A DNA stretch of 64,000 nt, from positions 3,528 through 67,527 of IMG/VR virus record IMGVR_UViG_3300035199_000184; one strand, written 5' to 3'. Below are positions 46,246 through 55,420 of this stretch, piece after piece. The notes beneath the pieces were generated by a model that did no database searches, was not told the DNA's origin, and saw nothing but the letters and a program-made list of their open reading frames with translations. The position numbers and the translations under genes were made by a program. Positions within the stretch are counted from its first letter, which is position 1; every line of letters begins with the position of its first letter. The DNA comes from a virus.

Positions 46246-47028
46246 CTACTCATGGCCGGCGACAGCGGAGAGGTCGGCAAGAGTGACTTGTTCCTCGAAG
46301 TATTCTCCAGGCCCACTGTCCCCATGGGGCGTAGCCAGAACCTTAACGAACTCCCGAGTCTCACCCTTTACGTCCATCTTGACTGTGGTTACCGCCGCGA
46401 ACTTTCCTTCCGCAAACGAACCATCTTCGTTCTCGATGTACACGGCGTCACCTTGGGACACACTGTTCCAGTCCGTGCTATCCAGGTCGATGTCGACCAA
46501 TTGCGGGTCTGGATCAACAAAGTCCTCTGTTGGATCTTCTTCGATGTCTGCGATGTATTGCGACTCATCGAACTCAGCGGCGGCGGCGGTAATGTCCTTC
46601 TTGGCTTCGTTCTCTCTGGCGAACGTGCCCTGTTGCACAACCCGGACGAGGTCCTTAGTTGCTCGGGCTAGCTCGACAATCCTGCCGGGTTCGTCCATCA
46701 TCTCGACGCCGAGGGTGCCGCTCGCAATCTTCCCTCGGTACTTGGCCGGCAACCAGTCTCCGTTCATGCGAACCTCGACCAGGATACTACCGTCTGTGGG
46801 AAGAAGGTCCCAGTCGGCTACAGAGTGTAGCTCTTTCTTTCCAGGTGCTGACCGGAACTTGATTCCTAGGCGGGCTACCATGTTGATGAGCATGTCGAAC
46901 CCGATAGGTCCGTTCTTAAACATGTGCCGTACGTTCACTAATTTAGTGTATGCTTCGGTCACCTCTGCCGTTGGCTCTCGGCCTGTAATCTTAATGTACT
47001 GCTCATAGTCCGTGGGGTGCATGTCCAT
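46246..47028 (-). CDS. Hypothetical acidic protein with SH3/Tudor-like segments
   Basis: AGGAG RBS; 260 aa. Confidence 0.65.
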   Translation of the reverse strand: MDMHPTDYEQYIKITGREPTAEVTEAYTKLVNVRHMFKNGPIGFDMLINMVARLGIKFRSAPGKKELHSVADWDLLPTDGSILVEVRMNGDWLPAKYRGKIASGTLGVEMMDEPGRIVELARATKDLVRVVQQGTFARENEAKKDITAAAAEFDESQYIADIEEDPTEDFVDPDPQLVDIDLDSTDWNSVSQGDAVYIENEDGSFAEGKFAAVTTVKMDVKGETREFVKVLATPHGDSGPGEYFEEQVTLADLSAVAGHE

Positions 47029-47038
47029 AATCGCGCTC

Positions 47039-47362
47039 CTATTCGTATAATGTTGCGTGTCCGTCTTCGATCATCTGTGAATTTATATTGACCCCCTCCT
47101 GGTCGTATATTACCGCAAGGTATCTACCGTACTTGCCTTTTTTGTCTTTAATGGTCTGGACCAGTAGGGGTCCTTTTAGTAGAAGCTCCAGGTGACGAGT
47201 GGCCTCGATACCTTCTACTCTTTCTTCACCTCTCTTCTCGGGGGCATCTATTCCGTGCAAACGTAAGCGTTCATTCTTATAAATTCCGAGCCCTAGATCA
47301 AGGCGAACGTCTACAGTATCTCCGTCCACTACTCGAACTAGATTGGCGTGGTATTCATACAT
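47039..47362 (-). CDS. Staphylococcal nuclease (thermonuclease)-like protein
   Basis: RVVDGDT, RLHGIDAPE, GKYGRYLA. Confidence 0.92.
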   Translation of the reverse strand: MYEYHANLVRVVDGDTVDVRLDLGLGIYKNERLRLHGIDAPEKRGEERVEGIEATRHLELLLKGPLLVQTIKDKKGKYGRYLAVIYDQEGVNINSQMIEDGHATLYE

Positions 47363-47375
47363 AAGCTGTCGCTAT

Positions 47376-47414
47376 AAAAAAGGGGGGAGAGGTCTCGTCA
47401 GACCGCTTCCCCCC
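47376..47414 (-). terminator. Intrinsic terminator after the capsid decoration gene
   Basis: GGGGGAAGCGGTCT..AGACCTCTCCCCC stem followed by T tract on the minus strand. Confidence 0.7.
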
Positions 47415-47456
47415 GGCGCAATTAACCGGGCAGCGTAATCCCGGCGCAACATTACA

Positions 47457-48311
47457 TTACGTTATGACCTGGGCAAAGGCCCACCAATCAACACCCAAGG
47501 TAGCGGCTGTCGCGGTGATACCCTTAGTGGCAAATACCGCCGTCAGAGCCTCGGCGTCGGGGAACGTCGCCGCTGCGATGTTCGTTCCCGTAACGTATGT
47601 CGATTGCTCGACATTATCGACGTATACCTTGATCCGTTTGGAAGTCGCTTCGTCGGGATCGTAGAGGAACCCCAACTTAACGAACGTATCAGCAACCGGA
47701 ACAGCCACACCCTCGATGACATCCACCCGAGCCTGACCAGCCGCCTCATAAAAGAAGTCAATGGCATCGCCATCGTCCGCTTTAATGTTGAAGCCAATGC
47801 CATGATTGGCAGCGGTTGGAATTCCACTCGTGTCGGTGAGTACGTCACCATCGTTTGAACCAGGACCAGCCAGACCAGCCAGCATAGAGGCTGCACCATC
47901 CGTGATCGTGCTGATCTTCACTCGGCACTCGAATGCCGTCATGTGGGCATCTGCGGTAGTGTCAGAAATTTGACCCAACTGCTGCACACCGTCGCCGCAT
48001 TCGATTCCAGTTTCCTCATTGGCACCAGAAGCGTCCACGAGAATGTTAACCACGCCGCCCTTTTGGTCGGCTGCACCCAGGATCGTTCCGCCGGTATCGA
48101 TGTAGCCTACATAATTCAAATCGCCTGAGATTTCAGTATATGTGTTACTGTTATCCACTGACGAGAAATCGTCTCCGGTCAGGAACAATCTCTTCGTTCC
48201 ATCAGACGACATGATGTTTCCAGAGACTTGACTCCAGAGACGAGGTGAAAGACCAGAGGTACTCTGGCCTAAATGATTAGTAAATAAATTGTGCGGTAAG
48301 AAACCAAACAT
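47457..48311 (-). CDS. Putative capsid decoration / minor capsid protein
   Basis: Directly follows the MCP gene; strong GGAGG RBS; beta-rich. Confidence 0.65.
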   Translation of the reverse strand: MFGFLPHNLFTNHLGQSTSGLSPRLWSQVSGNIMSSDGTKRLFLTGDDFSSVDNSNTYTEISGDLNYVGYIDTGGTILGAADQKGGVVNILVDASGANEETGIECGDGVQQLGQISDTTADAHMTAFECRVKISTITDGAASMLAGLAGPGSNDGDVLTDTSGIPTAANHGIGFNIKADDGDAIDFFYEAAGQARVDVIEGVAVPVADTFVKLGFLYDPDEATSKRIKVYVDNVEQSTYVTGTNIAAATFPDAEALTAVFATKGITATAATLGVDWWAFAQVIT

Positions 48312-48350
48312 AGTTTAAACTCCTCCTAAACCACGGAGTTAAAAGTAAAT

Positions 48351-48382
48351 GCTAGGGGCTAGCGGAATTGCTAACCCCTAGC
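48351..48382 (-). terminator. Hairpin immediately after the MCP gene
   Basis: GCTAGGGG...CCCCTAGC inverted repeat followed by ATTTACTTTT. Confidence 0.6.
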
Positions 48383-48397
48383 GGTTATCATCTTCTG

Positions 48398-49435
48398 TTA
48401 CTTGGACCCAACCCACATGGCTCGGCGGTTGTAACAGACATAATTCATCCAGTTATCAATATGGACTTCCCTAACGGTATGCTGTTTCGCAGCAGCCTTC
48501 GGCTTGTTGCGACGCATATTCGCACCCTTCTTGACGACGGGGCGGAAGTATTTCCAATTGATGCCGTACAGCGGATCGGAGGTGTCGTTGCTTTCCAAGT
48601 AGGGAACCCACTTGACCGGCACACCACCGATAACAGTCGAGTTAATGTACTTCGCCACATCAGTACCAAGATTATCATTGCGAGTTTCCGCCAGTCGCTC
48701 CAGCGGCTCTTGCACTCGGTACGTGGTGTAGATACAGTGACTCGGGGACGAGAATCCGAGCTCCGGGTGCGGAACGGGCGGGGTGAACTTGGTGAAGGCC
48801 AAGGATTTCTTTACCTTCTTTACCAAGTCGTCCGTAGCCACGTTAGTGTACCCAAACGTCCAGTTTTTCCAGCGGGGGTAGGTATCAGCATCGACACCCG
48901 CCGCACCGGCGGTAAAACCAGTAGGATCGCCACCATTAAAGCCACCGCCGACCGTGGTCGTGGCGTCTTTCTGAATCCAGAACGGGATGCCCATCGGGCG
49001 CGTGTCCGTGGTTCCAGTCGGTGCCGACCAAAGATTCTCTTCATTCAGTTCGGCCATATCGCTGAGTGCATCGTGCTCACGCAGGACGAGCTCTTTGATA
49101 ATGGTCTCTTTATCGCTTTGAAACAAGTCTTCGTAGATATCATAGCTAAAATTGGTAGTCTGCATAGCCCACGGGACTGCTGCGTTCACGGTGACATCTT
49201 CCACAGCCGTAATGTCCTGGGCGAACATTCCGGTGTTTCGGGAGTTACCTGTATTTTTATGCTTGATGCGGAAGGCAATATCCTTGCCGCCTCTTTCCTG
49301 CACGTTTTTGTCGGTGATAATCGACGACGCGATATACTCTTGATGCTCAAGGGACAGGTCTGTCCACTTATGACGCTTAAAGAGCGATAATGTCAAATTG
49401 ACAAAATCGTCGATTTGGTCTGGTGTCAAAGCCAT
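48398..49435 (-). CDS. Major capsid protein (HK97 fold)
   Basis: 345 aa, downstream of portal and scaffold; GGKDI, GVPVKWVP, LYGINW, NYVCYNRR pattern. Confidence 0.85.
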   Translation of the reverse strand: MALTPDQIDDFVNLTLSLFKRHKWTDLSLEHQEYIASSIITDKNVQERGGKDIAFRIKHKNTGNSRNTGMFAQDITAVEDVTVNAAVPWAMQTTNFSYDIYEDLFQSDKETIIKELVLREHDALSDMAELNEENLWSAPTGTTDTRPMGIPFWIQKDATTTVGGGFNGGDPTGFTAGAAGVDADTYPRWKNWTFGYTNVATDDLVKKVKKSLAFTKFTPPVPHPELGFSSPSHCIYTTYRVQEPLERLAETRNDNLGTDVAKYINSTVIGGVPVKWVPYLESNDTSDPLYGINWKYFRPVVKKGANMRRNKPKAAAKQHTVREVHIDNWMNYVCYNRRAMWVGSK

Positions 49436-49523
49436 CTTGTAATTCCTTCTACAATGTAGGGCTAGTTAGTAAGTACCGTCGTTAGCGAAAACAGATCGCC
49501 AAGTCAGGTAAACGAATAAAATG

Positions 49524-49937
49524 TTAAGTACTACGCTTCTTTTCTTTTTCTAAAATCAATCTGGCCTGTTCTGCCTTGCGGTCCATAGTCTTACCTTGGT
49601 CCGTCCAGCTAGACAACCGGCGATCCGCTGGATCCGGCCTGCGTGTGGCCTTGGCGTAGTCGGCCCTGGCTCGAGCAGTTCGATCTTCCGGCGTCTCTGC
49701 CGCTCTAATTCTTTTTTTCGCCCTCGCCTCGACTGCGGCCTTCTGGGCATTTCGTCTGGCAGTTGCCGCTGCTGTCTTTTGTGCGGCGGTTGGCTTGCCT
49801 CGGAACTTGGCTTCGGATAACTTCTGTTTGGCCGTTTTCTTGCCGGCCTGCCGGCCCGCCGCGCGGGCAGCCTTAGCAGCCGCCAGCTTCTTTCTCGGGG
49901 ATGAGCCGGGGATGTCTTCATAGCCGGGATTTGGCAT
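49524..49937 (-). CDS. Lys/Ala/Arg-rich basic protein A
   Basis: AAGGAAA RBS; C-terminus shared with 50324-50821. Confidence 0.65.
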   Translation of the reverse strand: MPNPGYEDIPGSSPRKKLAAAKAARAAGRQAGKKTAKQKLSEAKFRGKPTAAQKTAAATARRNAQKAAVEARAKKRIRAAETPEDRTARARADYAKATRRPDPADRRLSSWTDQGKTMDRKAEQARLILEKEKKRST

Positions 49938-49963
49938 TGTGCTTTCCTTGTGTTTAGCTTGTA

Positions 49964-50281
49964 TTAGCCACTGCGTCCGCGAAAGCCAGTTAAATCTTCT
50001 AGGTCTTTAGTTCTCTTTGTCCACTTCTGCGATTTCAACCGTCTGCCGGCCTCGGCTTGGTTTTTATCCATACTGTCTCCTGGGGCAGCCTCAGTTTTCT
50101 TTTTCGTTGTTTTCTGTTTCTTTGACGCAGGGGCTGCCCTCGCTCGCTCCTCTCCAGGTTTCCTGTCTTCCTGCTGCTGCCTTTGCCAATCCGTGGTTCC
50201 AGAGTCATCTGCTGGAATGTCTGTTCTCTCCGTCTTCACCATCAGTTTCTTTACGTACTTCGGTTTTTTCTTAGCCGCCAT
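49964..50281 (-). CDS. Lys-rich basic protein B
   Basis: 5' UTR similar to that of protein A. Confidence 0.6.
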   Translation of the reverse strand: MAAKKKPKYVKKLMVKTERTDIPADDSGTTDWQRQQQEDRKPGEERARAAPASKKQKTTKKKTEAAPGDSMDKNQAEAGRRLKSQKWTKRTKDLEDLTGFRGRSG

Positions 50282-50323
50282 TGCGTTTTCCTTGCTGTTG
50301 AGCTTTATGTTATCTTGCGTTAT

Positions 50324-50821
50324 TTAACCGCCGCTCTGCTTACGTTCTCGTTCTAAAATCAATCTGGCCTTTTCTGCCTTGCTAGCCATTCTGTCTTCGA
50401 CATCCATTTTAATTTTAGCCGTTCTCGCTTGTTCAGCGATTCCAGAACGACGCTTGGGCGCGGCGGCCTTCCTGGCAGGGTCTGGGCCACTTTCTGCCTT
50501 ACCTAGCACACCTTGGCGTGGGGTAAGCCGGTTCGCCAATGTATCAGCAGGACCAATTCGTCCCGGTTTGCCAGTTATAGGACCTCTTTCCCCGTATCTT
50601 TTCGAAGAAGTTCGACCGGCGGCTGCCTTGGCGGCAGCGGCCTTTCTGTCTCTCGCCCTTTGAGCAGTGGCGTCTGACTTTGCTTTTCGGCTGGCCGCCG
50701 CTTCCTCTATCTTTTGTTTCTGACCTTTAGGATAGGCCTTGGCTTGAGCCCTTTTTTCTTTGCTTGTTAACTCTCTCTGCTTACCCGCAAAAAGGGCGTC
50801 TTCATCTCGTTGATTTGCCAT
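50324..50821 (-). CDS. Lys/Ala/Arg-rich basic protein C
   Basis: AAGGAAA RBS; KAEKARLILE tail. Confidence 0.65.
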   Translation of the reverse strand: MANQRDEDALFAGKQRELTSKEKRAQAKAYPKGQKQKIEEAAASRKAKSDATAQRARDRKAAAAKAAAGRTSSKRYGERGPITGKPGRIGPADTLANRLTPRQGVLGKAESGPDPARKAAAPKRRSGIAEQARTAKIKMDVEDRMASKAEKARLILERERKQSGG

Positions 50822-50851
50822 GATCTATGTTTTCCTTTGTTGAGCCCTGTG

Positions 50852-51880
50852 TTAATTCTTGAAGAACTCTTCGAATCGTGGGTCAGAAGCGATGTCCTCG
50901 ACCGACCGTTCCTTGGTCTGCTGTGTGGCCGAGGGTGCGGACGCCTTAGCGGAACCAACAGGACGACGCCTGTTAGACTGCTGCTGTACCTTGCGGGAGA
51001 CATCCTTAGCAGCCCGACCGCGAAGATCGGTGCCGAACTCCATGTTGAGCGCAAGCTCGGCTAGTGCCTTATCGGACGGCAGGTGGGGTTCCTTGCCCTC
51101 CCTGACAGCTTGCTGGACCATGCCATTAGCAATGACATCCATGGCGTTCCAGAGCTTCTCCCTATTAGCGTCATGTTCCTTGCTAATGTTTGTGAACTTG
51201 CCGTCTTCGAACGTCTGTCCGAATAGGCTCTCATCGAGAGTGTCGGCAAGGCTATGAAAGTCTGCCGCCTGCCGGTCGAGGTCATCTTGTTGTTGTCTCT
51301 CGACAAGATGTTCCATTTGAGAGCGGAGCTCCTCAGAATGCTGCTTCTCCGTCATGACCGCTTCATGCTGGTCTCTTAGAAGATCGAGGACATCATCCTC
51401 GTATCCAGCTTCTCTGAGAGTCTCAACCCGCTCATTAAACTTCCCTGTGAGGTCCTCAGGAGAGTCCTCCTCTGAGGACGAAGATTCCTCGGAGGTCTCT
51501 TCGGGTGTTTCTTTGGTTAATTCTTCGTCGCCCACTTCGGCGAACTTCTTTGAGAACGCATTTGCGGCGGCGTTGAATGACGCCTCGGAGTCGAAGTCCG
51601 ATATGTCGAGTCCGTATGCCTCGGAAATCTCTCGGGCGTCGTCGCCGGCCCAGTCAGGCGACTGATCCGTCTCAGGCTTTTCGGGTTCAGGCTCTGGGTC
51701 CGTGTTCTCTTCGGCAGCGGGCTCCTCAGGAGCAGCTTCCGAAGCTTCTATCATATCGGGGTCTTCGCCACGAGCGATAGCCATCTCCCGCTCGGAGAGT
51801 TCAAATTCGCTGTTGGCCTGAGCGACTTCGGGGCTGTCAACTTCTTCTGCCACGGCTTGTTGTGTGCTTTCTTCTGACAT
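50852..51880 (-). CDS. Capsid scaffolding protein
   Basis: Highly acidic, coiled coil, basic C-terminus; lies between portal and MCP. Confidence 0.75.
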   Translation of the reverse strand: MSEESTQQAVAEEVDSPEVAQANSEFELSEREMAIARGEDPDMIEASEAAPEEPAAEENTDPEPEPEKPETDQSPDWAGDDAREISEAYGLDISDFDSEASFNAAANAFSKKFAEVGDEELTKETPEETSEESSSSEEDSPEDLTGKFNERVETLREAGYEDDVLDLLRDQHEAVMTEKQHSEELRSQMEHLVERQQQDDLDRQAADFHSLADTLDESLFGQTFEDGKFTNISKEHDANREKLWNAMDVIANGMVQQAVREGKEPHLPSDKALAELALNMEFGTDLRGRAAKDVSRKVQQQSNRRRPVGSAKASAPSATQQTKERSVEDIASDPRFEEFFKN

Positions 51881-52036
51881 TATTGCGCGCCTCGTAATGT
51901 TGTTGCTGGGTAATGTTGCTAAGAGAGACTAACAGGCTCTCTCTAAGAAATTATTCTATCAGACAAACGTAAACACCGAAACTCCAAAGATAGACGGCAG
52001 TTAGGTGTGTGACCAGAGAGTCATCGTGGTAGGACC

Positions 52037-52300
52037 TTAGCTCTTATAGATGAAAACTGGAGTGTACTCTCCCACCCAGGCCCCAATGATATTGAACTGG
52101 AAATACTCCTCTGCGGCTTCCCGGCTCAGGTCCTTCATGAGTATTTCAATACACTTCTCGTAGTCGTAGGCAACCACAGGCTCCTGGCCGAACCGATGAC
52201 AGGTTCCAATAATGGCGTTTTCAAACCCGTCCGCAAGTATGGCATCGGGGTTCTGCTCGGCAATACTAGCCAGGAACTGGGTCGCGTTTTCAGTTGTCAT
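52037..52300 (-). CDS. Conserved small phage protein
   Basis: ADGFENAIIG...EAAEEYFQFNIIGAWVGEYTPVF. Confidence 0.75.
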   Translation of the reverse strand: MTTENATQFLASIAEQNPDAILADGFENAIIGTCHRFGQEPVVAYDYEKCIEILMKDLSREAAEEYFQFNIIGAWVGEYTPVFIYKS

Positions 52301-52330
52301 ATCCTCACCTTTTCCTCTGTTGGAACAGAT

Positions 52331-52575
52331 CAGAGTGCAGTAAGCCCTAGTAGACTTAATACACCCTGCCGAGAAAGGGAATCCCCTCCGCCGGAACGAG
52401 TCGTCGCTTGGTCGCCCTCCGTGTTTTTAACGTGGTATCCTCCGCCCACCGCAGTGGGTCCATCCACGCCCCTGACGGAAGACCACCAGGGGAGCGACTC
52501 AACACATGGATTAGACGACACTGGCACTACGCCACCCCCGTCTAGTACGCCATGACCGTACAATTAAATTTTACC
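52331..52575 (-). ncRNA. Putative structured non-coding RNA or long structured leader
   Basis: At least five stems; mismatches resolve as G-U pairs only on the minus strand; upstream promoter. Confidence 0.55.
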
Positions 52576-52584
52576 GACGTCGGA

Positions 52585-52612
52585 ATAGTAGCATACTTGG
52601 GAACCTTGACAA
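52585..52612 (-). promoter_or_regulatory. Sigma70-type promoter with extended -10
   Basis: TTGTCA-N16-TACTAT with TGn; palindrome CCGACGTCGG at 52574-52583 near the predicted start site. Confidence 0.6.
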
Positions 52613-52633
52613 GCCCCCTAAATGAAAACATTA

Positions 52634-53077
52634 CTACGTCGGTTTTCCGTACTGGTCAAGTACCCTCTGTTTGGCCTTCTCTAGGTCCAGCGGACTGAGG
52701 GCCTTTCCGCTGTGAGGGTTCTTATCGAAGAACCCTCTGGCCCGGACGTACTTCTCACGTTCCCGCTCAGACTCGAATACAGCGTTGTAGAACGTGGGCT
52801 CGTGGGGATCAGGGACGAACTCGACGTCGTGGTTCCCTAGGCGGGCATGTTCACGCCAATCATCTACAGATGACTCAGGACACCCCATAGCTGACGAAAC
52901 GGTCTTAGGCGTAGAGCTAGAGGGCTCCTTGATGGTCCTGCGGATGTTACCTCCCTCATGGAAGCGTCTGGCCCACTCGCCATTATCTAGCTCAAGGAAC
53001 CCGTCCTTGGCTCGCATCATCGTGTCGTAGTCCACTTCGATGATCTCACCGCAGTCCTTGCGGAACTTGTACGTCAT
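52634..53077 (-). CDS. Hypothetical protein with a degenerate FmdB-like N-terminus
   Basis: ATGA coupling; post-portal position. Confidence 0.6.
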   Translation of the reverse strand: MTYKFRKDCGEIIEVDYDTMMRAKDGFLELDNGEWARRFHEGGNIRRTIKEPSSSTPKTVSSAMGCPESSVDDWREHARLGNHDVEFVPDPHEPTFYNAVFESEREREKYVRARGFFDKNPHSGKALSPLDLEKAKQRVLDQYGKPT

Positions 53078-53376
53078 AACTCAATTCTCCCATGTCTTAG
53101 CTCATGTCTGACGATCTCCTCGAATTCCAGTCCCCGCCTCACGCCGGCCTCGGCAATACGGTCAGGGTCTCCCAGGCCGGATTTCCGTAGACGCTCCTTA
53201 TGGTACTCACGGATTTCGAGACACTTCTTGCGTATGTGCTCCTGGACTAGCTCGTGATCCCCCTCAAGCGGGACGAGCTTTACGTTGCGATCACGGCCTT
53301 CGAGTCTCAATAGAGCACGGTACACCTCATCAGGTGTTTCTTCCATGCCGTAGAGGCTATTCTCCAGGCTCGCCAT
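53074..53376 (-). CDS. Hypothetical protein
   Basis: Coupled ORF after the portal gene. Confidence 0.6.
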   Translation of the reverse strand: MASLENSLYGMEETPDEVYRALLRLEGRDRNVKLVPLEGDHELVQEHIRKKCLEIREYHKERLRKSGLGDPDRIAEAGVRRGLEFEEIVRHELRHGRIEL

Positions 53377-53385
53377 TTCGCAATC

Positions 53386-55227
53386 CTAGGCGACAGGAAC
53401 TTCTTCTTGCGGTGCACCTTCTGGTCCCGGACCATTGATTGGCCCCAGTTCCTGTTCTGCATTACTGGAGATGTTGTGCCTGATACTCTCATTCGGGGTG
53501 CTTGGCGGCTTGGCTCCAGCCCCTTGAGGACCGTTGCCCATCTGTGTATTATCAATCCCGCCCTCGAATGTGATGACCTCTTTAAGTCGAGGCTCATTAG
53601 TGAGTTCAGAGTATAGTTCAACTAGGCGTTGCAAGTCAATTCGACCCCCAGACGCTTGGAGGGATTCCTGATGCTGTGCTATCAAGCCGACCACTTCGAC
53701 TATGCTTCCGATACGATCCTTGGGACTTTTGTAGCTCATGGAGTAGACATCGATGTCCATGTTGTAGTCAAAGAAGTCGCCCTCCCGGTATTCCGGGGTC
53801 CAGTCAGCCTTGATGATCACGTCCTTCATGCCCTCGATGGCATACTCACCTGGAGTGGATCGGACGTTATCGTGCCACAACATGAACCCCAGGTCCCGAA
53901 TCAGCCCCTGAGTTCCCTTGATGACACGGTGCTGCATCTGCGCTTCCTTCTTGGAAGCGTGACGGGCGACAAGCTGCTCCTGGCGGGCTGTCGGAGCAGA
54001 CGCCCCCAGGCCTGCCTGAAGTTGGAGATTGCCCGCCATGCGGTCGAACATTTGAATGACGCCCTGAAGAAATCCTTGGTTCTCAGCGTCAACCCCACCG
54101 ATCTGGACATCCCGTAGCTCACCGTTCTCCTGGACCTTCACCCAGGCGTCATCTCCGGCCCGCTGCACTGCCTGGGCGTCCTGGTGGGAAGCCGGTGGGT
54201 ACGTGTGGATGCGACGAGCGGAACGGGCCCGCTTGCCCTGCTTGCGGATGATGTTGTTCGCCAACTTAGACAGGTTGTTCAGATGCCCGGCTGGACTGGA
54301 CGGCATGATGTTCTCAGGCACGTCATTGAACGACAGAATGTGGTACGGGCCGAACTCCGGGCCGTTCCATTCCATCTCGGCAAGCGGCGCATGCCGGTTC
54401 TCGAAACGTTTGACATGGTCCATGGCGAACGTGTAAATCTTGCCATCACGGGGAATCCAGATGTCCATGAGGTCGATCATGGGCTCGTACTCGTCTGGAT
54501 CAGTAACCTGTCCGCGACTGATTAGCTCCAAGCGGGACTCCTCTTGCTGGAACTTCGATGTCGGCGAGAGCTCTTTGGTTACCTTCTGATCGTACATATT
54601 TGAATCTTTAAGGGCATTGAACGGCACCCGGTAGCTGTCACCGGCCCACTGAATCTCGGACCACTTCTTCGCACCGGTGTCGAAGACGAAGTTATCCAAG
54701 GCCACATTACTGGCAAAGGGCTTGCCTGGGTCCATCCAGAGGTCCTGCTCGATCTCCACCTGACCCGAGTCGGCCATGTGCACTTTGACGATACCAACAC
54801 AGAAGAACGCATCCAGCACCCAACGGCGAATTGTCTCTTCGAGTTGGATTTCCTTCATTAAATTGTTGCAAGCCTGCTCGAACGTCGTAGCGAAGTGCCG
54901 CATCTGCTCGTACTCTGTGGTGATCAGAATACGGGGCGTGTTTGCGGCTAGGCTCATGGTGTACGCCTCGACTGCCTGATTCATCAGGTTGAGGTATATC
55001 TCATGACGGGGACCTGTACCGGTGCCGTACGAGGAGCCGGCATACTCTTCTACTAGAGTGTGCATTAGTCGGCGGAACGGTTCCAGCTTCTTATAAGAAC
55101 CCGATACGGCTGTCATGAGACGGCCCCTGGTCTCTTCGTCCTTCATTCCCTTCGGCTTGAAGTCATCCCCTCGGCCTGCGCCCATCTGGCCTCGATAGTC
55201 CTTATCGCCTGTATATTTACCTTCCAT
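53386..55227 (-). CDS. Portal protein
   Basis: 613 aa after the terminase; NLMNQAV, GIVKV, PTARQEQL; P22-like layout. Confidence 0.85.
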   Translation of the reverse strand: MEGKYTGDKDYRGQMGAGRGDDFKPKGMKDEETRGRLMTAVSGSYKKLEPFRRLMHTLVEEYAGSSYGTGTGPRHEIYLNLMNQAVEAYTMSLAANTPRILITTEYEQMRHFATTFEQACNNLMKEIQLEETIRRWVLDAFFCVGIVKVHMADSGQVEIEQDLWMDPGKPFASNVALDNFVFDTGAKKWSEIQWAGDSYRVPFNALKDSNMYDQKVTKELSPTSKFQQEESRLELISRGQVTDPDEYEPMIDLMDIWIPRDGKIYTFAMDHVKRFENRHAPLAEMEWNGPEFGPYHILSFNDVPENIMPSSPAGHLNNLSKLANNIIRKQGKRARSARRIHTYPPASHQDAQAVQRAGDDAWVKVQENGELRDVQIGGVDAENQGFLQGVIQMFDRMAGNLQLQAGLGASAPTARQEQLVARHASKKEAQMQHRVIKGTQGLIRDLGFMLWHDNVRSTPGEYAIEGMKDVIIKADWTPEYREGDFFDYNMDIDVYSMSYKSPKDRIGSIVEVVGLIAQHQESLQASGGRIDLQRLVELYSELTNEPRLKEVITFEGGIDNTQMGNGPQGAGAKPPSTPNESIRHNISSNAEQELGPINGPGPEGAPQEEVPVA

Positions 55228-55420
55228 GGCTTACTCCTGGTTTGTCTTGCCCCTTACAGACAAGGTCGTCGGGGTGATGTATATTCTCCCCCACGGCGTC
55301 TCGTTCTGCCATGAGGTGTACCTTACTTTTTGATCCCGGCCTGAGCTCCGTTGGGGAACTGGCAGGGAGAATAATCTTCTGTCTTTCTTCGTCGTAAACT
55401 GGTTCGCTTCTCAAGTCCAT
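55217..55420 (-). CDS. Small hypothetical protein between TerL and portal
   Basis: Overlaps both neighbours by about 10 nt. Confidence 0.55.
   Translation of the reverse strand: MDLRSEPVYDEERQKIILPASSPTELRPGSKSKVHLMAERDAVGENIHHPDDLVCKGQDKPGVSHGR

Noticed and set aside
48368-49390. 340-aa plus-strand ORF and other long antisense ORFs
   Set aside because: Antisense shadows of the MCP and other real genes, with no RBS or motifs
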